This document shows positions 24,201 to 37,165 of a DNA stretch of 64,000 bases, one piece after another (position 1 is the first letter of the stretch; each line of letters starts with the position of its first letter). A program made the position numbers and the translations under genes. This DNA comes from Trichosphaerium sp. ATCC 40318 (taxonomy: Eukaryota; Protista; Tubulinea): the NCBI GenBank assembly GCA_038496445.1, contig JALMLS010000255.1:186001-250000 (forward strand), given 5' to 3'. The notes beneath the pieces are model-generated. The model was given only the letters and a program-made list of their open reading frames with translations. It did no database searches and was not told the origin of the DNA.

Positions 24201-25802
24201 GTGGCTTCAATGACATGGATAACGAATAAAAAAAAATTATCCTGTATGTCATCTTCATGGTATATGATCGCTGTTACCTCCAGGTGAGTTCTGTCAGGAC
24301 TTAGTTTAATTACAATCTCTTCACCAAGCTGTGGCATAAAAAATAAGGCACCAAACTGCCATATTGAACGAAGTACAACATCAGAACGCTTTAGCACTCC
24401 AAGTGTTATGTAATGTAGTTCTAGAGAAGGTAGCCCTATGCCTTCAAAAACCCAAGTCCTTCCAGCAACTAATCGATCCGGTTTTGAAGCACTCCTTCGA
24501 AGTTCGTTTTCTTCCAGTTGAGAATGCTCACGCTCAGGCGCCACAGGTATCATAAAAGGTAAAAACAAGTATTTCAACGGTTTCCCTTGTACTATTCCAT
24601 CAGATGTAAGTATCAATCCGCGTCGTCTATGCCATCATCAATCAACAAAATGAAACCGAATGATAAAAACCGTACTCAAGTATTTCTATGACCATTTTAA
24701 CCAAAACAGGACATATAGGATCTGCGTGTGTAATTTTTTGAAAGTGAGCTAATAAAGAAGGCATGGATAACACTGTCAAGTCGTCCATTATTGTCATCAA
24801 ATGCCTAACCACTGGGAATAGAATTTTTGGCGATAAAACAATGTGATCATGATTCCTTGACAATGTGATAAATCCTAATTTTTTAAGCTCGTAAGCTATC
24901 CTATGTTATGCCATTTAGATTTAATATCTTAGTATGTTGTCTTTTCTCACTCGATTTCATGTCTTCCACGGACGCCCAGCCTATTTAAAAAGGCCTCAAG
25001 CTCTATACTTGGACCTTCATTTCTTATTTTTAGTACTTTTGGAACAAGTTCCAATACAGCTATCGAAATCCCACAATTGTCCATGTAATCCCTACGACCA
25101 CTCAACGCTGCATCAACAAGCGCTGCTCTAAACATTTCCCTATGTTTAAAAAACCTGTCGGTACCTTTATCGAGTAAGTCACGTGATCATGACCTTTTTT
25201 TAAAGTAATAAAAATATGTGTACTAATGATGTGAGGGTTTGGTAATCCAAGGTCCAGCAGTACATCTCGTAAGTGTTCAGTAATCTCCTTTGAAGTTGGC
25301 GCTCTTCTAAAAAAAGTGCTATGCGATTTTTTGCAACAACAAAGAATCCTAGCGTGACTACTATGATTTCTAAAGCTATTTTAACAACGTAAATAGCAAA
25401 CATTAACCGATGTACCTAATAACACCCAAATATGTCGCAATTTTCTCCTGAAGTGAAGTGTCTATGTGTTGAGGTAAAAGAAACAGGAAAACAGCGTATT
25501 CCGCTAGAAGGAGGCTCAAATTGTACAAAATGTTATCTGTTACTATATTGGTTTCGAAACTGACCTAAATTAGATCAAAAACCGCTTGCATACATCTCAA
25601 CGCGTACAGCATCCTTTGTAGGACCTTGTACTTCTAAAGTAAACTCGTTTTCATGTACAGCTGGCGCGCCCAAGTATTTTCCCCACGTGATAGCTTCCTA
25701 AATACAAATAATTGTGTATTATCGTGTAATGACCTCATATACCTTCTCTTCAACTTGTACTATCACCAATCTCCAATTTATGGCATGTGGATGCGCAGTC
25801 AT
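21215..25802 (-). CDS. Tandem pseudokinase plus TKL-type kinase with an upstream COR-like region (degenerate Roco-like); 5' end uncertain
   Basis: Kinase 2 is intact: IG-QGHYGAVYK, VACK, HRDLHP-GNIFL, KLGDFG, DVYSLG, ERPT. Kinase 1 is degenerate: VVFPFFKADNIH, VKIGGLE, YCAPEIL. COR-like pieces: HIVLSPKIL, YLFLPFMIP, IWQFGALF. Confidence 0.75.
21221..21310 (-). repeat. 51-bp-period imperfect tandem duplication encoding NNEDLGY(D/A)D twice
   Basis: Units 21272-21310 and 21221-21259 lie in the last exon of the kinase gene. Confidence 0.85.
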
Positions 25803-26285
25803 GAGCCTGGATAAAATATTACGCGGCTAACGCATAAAAAACAGCACGTGGCTTAACATGAATTCTCTTTATATTCATCATAAGCCACAGCGTCCACAAA
25901 TACCTTCTTTTGCGATAAATACCGTTGCACTACGGGCTTGGATGCGCTGGTGCACTTTTACAGCTGAAGGAAAAACACAGCAAGCAGTGAAAGGTTAATT
26001 TGATAGCGCTGACAATGAAGTTCACCTGACGATCGTACCAGTGCCTTAATTCATCGAGAAACTCACCTAAAGATCCCGAAGGCTTTTGCAACCAAAATAG
26101 AGAAAAAACTTAGGAGTTTTTCAAAGTACGTTTACTGAAATAAGAAGCCCAAACCCCTTGTTTAACCAATCTAGACAAAATGAGAGTCTAACAGTGGTTA
26201 GCAGAAAAGGTTGGGTAGTTTGCTTAAAAGCTACTTGGGTATTCACGTAACCAATGCCCGACTTGATTGTACATAACAACAAATA

Positions 26286-27804
26286 ATGAACGCCTTCAAC
26301 AACTTCATACCTATCGCTGTAAGTAATACACTACAGGATCTGCCACATACCTTGAAAAAGGGGAGGGAGAGATCGAAGATAGCTTTGAAGCAAGCTGCCA
26401 ACAACATCTCATCGCACTTTGAACAAGACACGACATGGATTGATGATGCAAGTGTGGGCATTGAGTCCTTACTAGGACATCCAACCCCAGCTACTGGGTT
26501 GCAACAGAAAGACTTTACGTACGATATCTATTGGCAAGCAATGTTCACAGGTCTCTTTTATGTAGATTTATTCAACAAACCACACAGGAACTAACAGACG
26601 AAAATAATACTCTCACGTTTACTGCATATGCTCCGAAAGTATTCAATCGTATCAGGAACATGTCTGGCATAAGCTTACAGTCCTTTAAAGAATCACTAGG
26701 ATTAAACAATTTAAGACCAACTAAGGTACTAGATTGGAAGTTTGACACGTGATATTAACACACAAATAGAATAATCAAGGCAAGAGCGGTGCAAACATGG
26801 CTTTTTCTGCAGACCACACCATGATACTCAAGACTGTATCAAATGTATGTAGAAGCGTATAGCTTCCTTGCTCAATACACTGTAGGCTGAGAGTGACTTA
26901 CTGCTTCAACTGCTACCTTCGTATGTATCCCATTGTTCTCTCAACCCAGACACGCTTCTTCCCAAGTTTTACGGACTGTTTGCAATCAATAGATCTGGTA
27001 TTGGATCCTCAACTACTCGATTTGTTGTAACGAACAATGTATACTCAAGGTACATAAAGTCGGATTTATACATATTGACCGTTAAAAGCGCTACCCACTT
27101 CAACCCTGCTGAAAAGTACGACTTGAAAGGCTCAACTTATGGTACAACTCCGCGTTTGTACCTTATATCTAACGCCTGAAAAAGGGAGAACAGCAACAGA
27201 AGATGATGACTCAAGGACAGCACCAACACTAAAAGATGTAGACTTTATAAACAAGAATAAGAAAATCTTTTTACCTTCGTCATTGCAAGCAAAGATGGAA
27301 TCACAACTATACATAGACTGTCAGTTTCTACAGTCTAACAACCTCATGGATTACAGCTTGCTTGTTGGGGTACATAGTCCACGACTTACAAATTTCTGAT
27401 TAAATTAGATCGACTACGTTACCACTGTTGGACCTTCAGGGCAATCACACGTAGCATTACCGCGAACTAGAGAAGGAGCATCTTGTTGGCGCTTGTGTGA
27501 TGGCTGTACGTTTCAGTTTACGTAGTTATTAAACTAATAACCGACACAAGGCGTGTGTAGTTGGAACGGTGATGAAAAAAGGACTGAATACGTCTCTTTT
27601 GGCATAATTGATATTTTATGCGAGTTTGGCAAATTAAAGCGCGCTGAAAGTTTCTTCAAAGGACTTTCACGCGTAGGAGGACATTCTGCAGTTGATGCAT
27701 CTTCGTATGCTAACCGATTTTACAAATTTATTACAGGCGCTGTTACAGCGCAAGAGAACGCGCCAACTGCGCCTAAGCACTCTATAAATCCGTTTTTAGT
27801 GTAA
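26286..27804 (+). CDS. Phosphatidylinositol-phosphate kinase (PIP5K family)
   Basis: FTAYAPKVFNRIR, GKSG, ILKT, LLPKFYGL, KYDLKGST, LKDVDF, DCQFLQSNNLMDYSLLVG, FGIIDIL, YANRF. The start codon is provisional. Confidence 0.9.
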
Positions 27805-28057
27805 ATAACTGCAAATCAATTGTGTGTAAATAAGAATAAACTACCAGTTATCTACTAAACGCTGTCGTTGACGAAACAGTAACGTGACGCTGCAGTGAGC
27901 AAACCGGAAAGTATGTACTAGGGTTTTGCCAAACTAGGAAAGCGCTAGTCCAACATCATTAGCCTAGGCCAGCTCAGCCTCTACGTGTACGTTAAAACTA
28001 CAACCGTGCCTTAACTTTAACAAGTCTGCGTTTGGGCGAAGTTTGTTATAACCAACA

Positions 28058-29179
28058 ATGTCAAAGGTAAACAGCAATTAATCTTAAAACCAACTAATTA
28101 AACGCTACAGATCAGAGTACACGCTACCCAAGACGGAGCCACAAAAACCATTGAGCTTGACCGTCACAACGTAAGATGGAACGACTTACGCTCAAAACTC
28201 GCTCAGAAGTTCAACACAAACTCATTTGCGGCTAAATACCAAGGTCGCAATATTTCTGATGATCAAGCTTTGCAAGTAAGTGTACTAGTATTCCTTGCGC
28301 CGTTTCACCATTGAATCTAACGCGCACGAACCTATAACGCTGGCAGGGCAATTAGCCACGCAGAAAACTTTTTTATTATTATGAATACCTCTTTAACGCC
28401 GTTTAGGTAGCTATCAGAAGCGCAATACAGAGCAAGGCACGTTATCTCGACCTTACCTTGACGGGTTCTAGTGGTGGTGCGTAGTTTACTTGACAAAAAT
28501 CAATTAACGCTGGTTTACTAGCATCTTCCTCAAACAACGCTCAACGCTCTTACAACGCACCTTCAAACAACTCGTACAACGCTCCAGCCAAGAAGGCCGC
28601 ATACAATACCCCAAAAAGAAATACCGCTTCAGCACCTTCCAATGGTGCCAGAAAGAACGCTTCATCCGCAGGTAAGTTGGTGTCAAAATAATTCGGATTT
28701 GGAAAACAAACAAAAAAATTACCTTATCCCTTTGTGTGGTACTAATTCTGGGTGTAGCCTCTTCACCAAAAGGAACTCTCTTTGAGTTTGATGTTCCTGC
28801 TGGTGGCTCTGGAGATCGTGTAATGATCAAGTATGATCAACAACCAGATCATTTTATGTTCAACGCCACAGCATCCAAATACGACACCACTGTTGCTGTT
28901 GTATTAGAAGAAAACAAGTTACAGTTTGTGTGCACATGGTCGTTCCAAGATGGCCCTGTTCTCCGAACAATGCAGGCACGTACCCAGTGGAGAAGGAATT
29001 TCCATTTCGAAAATTTGTTGAAAATGTTTATTATTGCATAAAATGTTCATTATCGCATAAAATGTAATCTTATTATTCTGTAGGCCGCACAAACATTTAA
29101 TATGCCTTTCCCTGTCAGCGCTCCTGCTATTACCGATTGCGGACACGGATCTGTCCGTGTATCTATCCCAGGACGGTAA
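28058..29179 (+). CDS. Small protein with an N-terminal PB1/ubiquitin-like domain, S/N/A-rich linker and C-terminal beta-rich (HSP20/CS-like?) domain
   Basis: MSK-IRVHATQDGATKTIELDRHNVRWNDLRSKLAQKF...AKYQGRNISDDQALQ-VAI resembles PB1. The C-terminus reads LQFVCTW...Q-AAQTFNMPFPV...SVRVSIPGR*. Domain names are inferred by pattern only. Confidence 0.6.
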
Positions 29180-29399
29180 ACATTCTCTAGTGAGAAGACG
29201 GATTGCCTAAATACAGACTATAGTCTGAAAATTGTAAGCGTCACTAATGTATAGCAATTCCAAAGCGTATGATTTTTTAAATTAGCCAAGTAGCAGGTTT
29301 TTTTCGTGGCCTGTCAGTCACATTTAGTTTGGCCTTAAGGCACGCGTCCGTTGGTAAACCATTTAAAATAACTACAACGTAACAAGCATAACTTCAGTC

Positions 29400-30659
29400 A
29401 TGTCATTGCGTGGACGTACATTGTTTATAACGGTAGGCGTTATTTTCCCATCCTTTTTAAGTGTCACAGGGCGGCTCTCGTGGCATAGGTAAAGCGATTG
29501 GTATACGCGCTGCGAAAGACGGTGCAAATGTTGTAATAGTGGCTAAAACTGTTAAACCGCACCCAAAGTACGTCACGCGCCGAAAAATAGATAAACAAAG
29601 GCTTACAGCACTTTAGATTGCCTGGAACTATTTACACAGCTGCCAAAGAGATTGAAGAAGCCGGAGGACAAGCGCTAGCCGTACAAGTACGCGTTGCGCG
29701 ATTTCTGCCAATCATTAACATTTTAATTAGGCCGACATTAGGTTCTACGATCAAATTGAAGCTGCTGTAGACAAGGCTGTTAGGAAGTTTGGAGGAATCG
29801 ACATAGTCATAAACAACGCCTCTGCTATCAGCCTAACAGGCACACTCGCAACCACTCCAAAACGGTAAGCAGTGACGTTTCGTGATTTGTATTGATAGCC
29901 CGTTTCTTCATAGCTATGATCTCATGAACCAAGTCAATGCACGTGGTACTTTTATGACGAGTAAGGCATGTCTCCCATATCTCCTCAAATCAAAGAATCC
30001 ACACATCTTGGCAATGTCCCCACCATTAGATATGAACCCTATTTGGTTCAAAAATCACACCGCCTACACCATCGCAAAGGTGCGTCCTTGAACTCTTATC
30101 TTTTTTGTTTTCAAGTCTAATTTATCGTGTAGTACGGTATGAGCATGTGCGTCTTGGGGATGGCTGCTGAATTCAAAAGCGACGGTGTCGCTGTAAAGTA
30201 TGGTTTTTGTTTTCGTTTCTCTTAGTAGGCTATCTAATGATTTTCCCTTTAGTGCTTTGTGGCCACGTACTACCATAGCTACTGCTGCTGTTGTACGTAA
30301 TTTTTTATTCTTGGCCTGTGTTTACTTACCGTAAATCTTAGCAAAATCTGTTGGGCGGAGACTCACTTATATCTAGAAGCAGGTACTTATCACTTTTGCG
30401 ACTAAGTTATTCAACACGCGTTTGTCTAGTTTCTTTTTTTTTTCTTGTTTAGTAACGTTGTCGTAGGACACCTGAGATTTTAGCTGATGCTGCTCACTAT
30501 ATTCTAACGCAACCTTCGTCATTCACTGGAAAGTTTTGCATCGATGACGACATCCTGAAAGGAGCAGGTGTCACCAACTTTGACAAATATCTTGTAGACC
30601 CATCGCAGAAAGACAATTTGGCTCCTGATTTCTTTGTGCCTACCAATGCAAAATTGTAG
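29400..30659 (+). CDS. HSDL2: Hydroxysteroid dehydrogenase-like protein 2 family SDR, peroxisomal (ends AKL), no SCP2 domain
   Basis: LFIT-GGSRGIGKAI...AKTVKPHPK-LPGTIYTAAKEIE, NNASAI, YDLMNQVNARGT, AYTIAK-YGMS, LWPRTTIATAA. C-terminus PDFFVPTNAKL*. Confidence 0.9.
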
Positions 30660-30769
30660 TGTCAACTTGTCGCTGCAAGAACCAATTACAAGCGCTATGT
30701 TCAATCAAACCACGTGGTTTTAACCTCAAATTATTTGATTTATTTCTTTGTTCGATGCCAGCAAGTTTG

Positions 30770-31744
<975 letters not shown>

Positions 31745-31981
31745 GATAAAAGTGACTTCACGAGCGTTTGCTTTGACTGTGGCAAGTTAAAAAAAAAAAG
31801 CCACTTGATGTTCACTGAAACACAACTCGCTACTTTTGACGTCGCTTTTGTGTATCTTGGTTAGTTGACCGGAAACAGCGCTATCCTTATTTGAACATCT
31901 TGGTCATGGAAGTCACATTTTGGCAGTTAGGGATAAATTTATTTTCTATGACACAATTTTTAAAATGAAAGTTTTTGCCTT

Positions 31982-34900
31982 TCACTTTTTCTTTTTCTTA
32001 TCCTTTCGCTTCTCGTCCTTTTTTTTCTTTTTGGTACTCTTCGTTTCTAGAAGGCTACGCGAAGAATTTTTTCTACTTGCGTTAGACATGCGTTTACCAC
32101 TACGCGCAGAACTCCTGGCGCTCGTCATGGAGTCATCGTCTCTCATACTTGAGAAACGTTTGTGACCTTTTGGCGATTTCTTCTTAACCTGTTCGCTTGA
32201 GAACTTTACTGCCCGTAATGCGCCTATAAGAGCTGCGGTCACCTGTTCAGGGTGGTTCGCTACACATTCTTTAAATCGGAGTTCACCTTGAAATGAGTGA
32301 GTATTGCAAAAGCGTACAAATGAACCGCGTACTAGTTGCCATTAGCTCATACAGGGATAGTGCTTTTTCTAACGCCTCTTCTGTTGCTGCACCGCCGACA
32401 TCACCCAGTGTAATTAACCTGCTTGTGACACTATGGTAGGGCGCATTGTGTAAGAAATTGGATTGTAAGCATAAAATGTAACATACCCGACATTGAATTC
32501 GTCGCTGTCGAAAGCGCCGTAAGGGTCAATATCAGATATTGATCTCTTTCTACCAGTAGTTTCAGGCACAACTGTTAACAGTTTGGGCGGTTCTTTGACA
32601 ACAGGCACTTTTAGTTGCGCTTCCGGTTCCGGAAGCATACCATAGCCATTAAGCAATGCATTCTCTTCTACAGTGCCTGCATTTGGCTGTGCATTTTGCG
32701 CAATTGTGTCTAAACGTGTGTTAATTAAGGCATATACTTTGATTCCAACTTTGAGGTGGTGTCCACGTACTTGGATCTATATCTTTTCCTGACCTTTCTT
32801 TCAAAGGGTATCTATACATCCCAGGGAATCTTTGCACAAATGCTTCGAGTGTAGGTACTTGCGGGAATTCCCTCTTGCCAGTGGCGGTTTGCACTATGCT
32901 CCGCAATTAACAAAAGAGTAATTGGACAGTTTTTTTATTAAATACCTGAGAATCCTCCATTTGCCCTAGGAACAACACGTGCGCGGATGATTTCACCTTC
33001 TTGGTCAACATGCACCATTACCTCTCGAAGTGTTAGTGACTTATCAATGATAGTTATTAAAGTACAAAGTAGTGCCCTCGGTTGCCTATCCGCGCTAAAA
33101 AAGTCAATGGTTTTGCGCCTGTTAGAAGAATAAGCGTCTCCTCCTCAGTAAGAAATCCACGAAACCAGCTGAGGAATGATATCAATATCTTAAGAACGGT
33201 AGTTTAATTTGGTACCTTTGTGTGGGCCAAGACTCGGTGTAGGGTGTTGATAGAATATCTTTGTTCTTTTTTATAAATTCAGGTAATGTATCAAAATTGG
33301 GTTCATTGGGCTGTAAGTGCACAGAGAGTTTGCCCATTTCTGATCGCATCAAAAATTTGTTTACAGAGCCTTGTTGTCTCTTGAGCTAATAATATTATAA
33401 GGTCACCGTTGAGAAAAAAATAAGAAAATGAGGCGTACTGCAAAGGCGAAATGACCAGCGTTTGATCTACTAAATCGAGCGATAAAAGTCCCAGGTGGTG
33501 AATGCGTCAATAAGAATGTACATTCATCATGGCTCAAGTACCAATGGAACCATGGTTGTGTGCAGTAGGTGTTCATCTAGGACAATTTAATGGTGAATAA
33601 AGGCAGAAAGATGAAGTGTGCCATACTTTTTCAATACAGCGATTGAACGGTCCATTACCGTCCAAGAACGAAGAAAACATGTACACAGAAACGTATCGAG
33701 CTCGATTATGATCTATTTGTAGAACATTAGTACGTTTAACACGACTTGTGGGTGGGCTTTACCTAAAATCCGACGCAAGTTTTTTACATCTCGTTGGGTA
33801 ACTGTTACATTAATCTTCGCCATCGTTGCTTTAAAAGCCGGTATGAAGTCCTTAAATCGAATGACAGGCACCTGTTAGTAAGGAAACACGTGAGTACTAG
33901 GATAATAATTAACGATTTGCTTTACGTACATTACCAAAGGAGTTATTCCAAAAGTCTATTGCATCTTGATCCCACAAACTTTCAGTATAATCAACTTGGG
34001 CTTCTTGCTCCTGAATATCTCCTATGAAGGCTTTGATTTCAGCTTCGTCATCTCCTAGGAGACTAGCCATGGATGTTCTAACCCAACGTTAGTTAAGGGC
34101 ACAAAATATGTTGGCGGCTGCTGAGAAAAGCCCTTACGACTTGATGCTTTGTGTTTCGTAATCTTCACTAACTTGTCCCAACACGTGAATTTCTAACCGA
34201 AGTTCTGCGCTGGCCTGCTCAATGCTCGTTCGGGCTCGTTTGCTCTTTGTCCATCGCGACCATACCCTGCTATCGCGCATTAAGGTATCGAATGTACCCA
34301 ACAATCTCATTATCGATGAGAAATCAGTCTTGCGCGGCAGTGATAGCGAATGTAACTCCAACAAGGATCCACGCAATAACGCTATAATCTCTATCACATC
34401 AACCTTTAAATACAGTAAGACAAATACACCGTTGTTGAAAAAAGAGGATATGACCTTATCTTGCGCTACTCCGTGCAAGTAGTTAAGTAGCTGAGCCATG
34501 TACTTGATAATATTTCGTTTAGACACATTTTCAGTGTTTATCGCTTCAAATTTAAGTTTTAGTCTTGGAAGGGATTGCAACTGAACATGCTATGTGTCTT
34601 TGTCAGATCAAAAACAATCACTTTATGTTTTCGAGCGCTCACCTTCTTTTGTGCGAGCTGTAGCTTCTTTGGACTAGGAGACCATGTGTACATCTCCGAT
34701 ACTTGCTCACTTCTGTCCTTCTTTGTCGACACTGTAATCACGTTTATAGTGTCTTTATTCACTTTCACATCAACAATCTTTCCTTTAAATACGCGACATG
34801 CAAGCGGTTCATGTTGTTCTCGAAGAATTGGGGACCATATTGACAAAGCTATACCATCTGTTAGCGTTGTGCAATTAATACTTCAAACCATACTTTTGGG

Positions 34901-36181
34901 AGCCCTAGCCAGTATAAATCCGCTCACTATGTCCATGTGTGTTAACGCGGAAGTTGCCAGTTGATTTTGCAATACAGCCAATGCACCGAGGCCTGAACAC
35001 ACATGTCAAAAAAAACAATGACAAAAAACATGATCGATACCTTGATCCTCACGGGGAGCCTGAGTTACATTGATTGGCTGAATCTCTTGATGTTGATCAG
35101 CATGCACTTCTAGCAGTGAAATGTCGCCACTTGCATAACCGATAATAACGCTAGACACCATGTTAGTTCATCTCACCAAGGCGTTTCTAATACCATAGCA
35201 AACCAGAATGATTTTCAAGAGGGTGGAGGCTGAGTGGATTAGGCAGAAGTTGCGCAGTCATAGGTTCTTAAAAAGTGTCAGAAAAGTCACCAACTGGCCA
35301 GGGAATTACCTGCATCTGGTCTGCGTAGATACCACACAACCAATTCGTGAGTATCTTCAGGTTTTGAAGACGAGGAAACACGTCTTAGAGCATACAAGTG
35401 GTCTCCGTGTAACTAGTAAGTTTAACAGTCAGCTGTGGTTACTATATACGTACTTTAAGCGCCAGAAAGGCCATGGATTCCCTCATCTGCAACATTAAAA
35501 TACCTTCTACATAGTCCCAAACCTGGCAGGTTATAAATCATGGAGCAGGTTAGGAAGAAAATGGAGCACCTGGAATTCGCCATGAGACCCAAACAAAACG
35601 TAGCTGTCTGACACTGAAGAGTAGTGTTTACCATCTATAGGGAAGTCTGGCGTTGGGGAATGTGCGTTTATCTTGGTAAAAATACAAGGCGCCTGTAGAT
35701 GTAGTTGTGGTGAGTATTAAAAGGCATTCACGTAATGGATAACGCTCAAACCTCTAATATATACAAGCCATCCTTCGTCGCTACTATTGCAAAGTCGTGT
35801 CCGCCTACCAAACCAAGAGTTGTTCTGTTTGTAAAACTTTTTGTAACGACATCCCCAGTTTGCAAATTTACTAATTTGTATTTCTCGATATTATTGTCGC
35901 ATTTGAGTACAGTGACTACGTTGTCACCAAAAAAGCAACGTAAGGTAAATAACGCCGTGGTACTATCTTCATATTCGAAAACAGACCTATTTGCAAGCTT
36001 TAAACAGGTGTAGCTGTTGGTCTCCTTATAATCAGCAAATATAAATTCGGTGCCAACAAAATGTAACCCTTTGCGCTTGTAGAAACGTTTGTTGTTCCAA
36101 CAAGGTGGAATAAGATTATCTATGAGCCTTGTAAGATACATATAATTAGTACATGTAGTTAGAACCTAGTACACCAGTCAT
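31982..36181 (-). CDS. Protein with a beta-rich N-terminal region, Cbl-type TKB module (4-helix, EF-hand, SH2), a second SH2 domain and a Lys-rich tail; start approximate
   Basis: DAIDFWNNSFG...F..A...IL-DHNRARYVSVYMFSSF...PWFHWYLSHDECTFLLTHSPPGTFIARFSRSNAGHFA resembles c-Cbl DAAEFWRKAFG...IDLTCNDYISVFEF...PGSYIFRLS. The second SH2 reads WFRGFLTEEETLILLTGAKPLTFLARI. Confidence 0.75.
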
Positions 36182-36319
36182 GTCGAGGCTCGCATCCACT
36201 TCGCGTCTGTACAGCGCTGATAGAGTACTAATTTTGCCCTTTTAAGTAAGAAATATTAGTCGTAAGCCACATGAAAACAATTTACACATTGTGACAACAA
36301 CGGTTAGTTGTACGATTCT

Positions 36320-37003
36320 TTATTTGCTATTTTTGCCTTTGTTTCTGTTTCTATTATTTCCTCTGCCTCGCTTTTTTGGTGTTTCCCACTCTTCAACTAT
36401 CTCCCATTCCAACTCATCAGGTTTTTTTTCGGGCTCTTTGACAGGTGGAGTTTTCTTTTTAGGTGGTTGCGCTGCCTGTTTCTGTGGTTGTTTGGCTGGA
36501 ACTGAAGTTTGCTTCATTTGCCCTCCAACTTGCTTCTGCCCGCCAACTAACGTTTTTTCGTTATGTTCGCGTATTTGACGGCCCTATCATTTTTAAAAAG
36601 TGACAGCTACGTGTGACGGACCTTGCTTTTGTAAACATGAGATTTACGCTCTAGCTCTGGCACATGGCCTGCCCGAATCTCGATGGCTGGGCGCTCAGAG
36701 CCGTCCGCACGCTTTTCGCGTTTTACTGTCGTGTGTTGTTTGGACGGTGTTTTAGGGTCTACTTTAACTACTTTTTCCGTTGATTGCGCGGTTTTTTGCG
36801 TGTTTGGTGCAGTTTGAGTTGCTTTGTTGTCTTCTGTGCCAGAGGGTTTGTCTTTGGAGCCCTTTGTTGGTGTGTTAGCGTTTTTTTCCGTTTTTGATGC
36901 GCTAGTAGAAGGCTAGAGCGGTGTAAACAATTGGCAATGTATTTCGGTTCACCTTGTAATGGAAATTTCCCCTGCCTCTCCTCTTAGCACCACCACTACT
37001 CAT
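36320..37003 (-). CDS. PYM1: PYM/WIBG-like partner of Y14-Mago
   Basis: Three exons from ATG 37003. KRADGSERPAIEIRAGHVPELE...VYKSK matches the Mago-binding motif (R.DG+.R....++.G+VP..E...Y..K). Confidence 0.65.
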
Positions 37004-37165
37004 GTTGAACGACTGGTATACTTAGCTCGTTTAAAAAGTTTGATTTTTGCGATAATTATTGAAAAATAACTCACCAAATAACTGCTCGGAGTCACACAAT
37101 CGCCTCGCGTTATCTTGTACTATCGACCAGCCGATAAATGGTTAAATAATACAGCACAAATAATT
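37004..37165. promoter_or_regulatory. Compact bidirectional promoter (PYM-like / TOR)
   Basis: 162 bp between divergent start codons. Confidence 0.5.
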
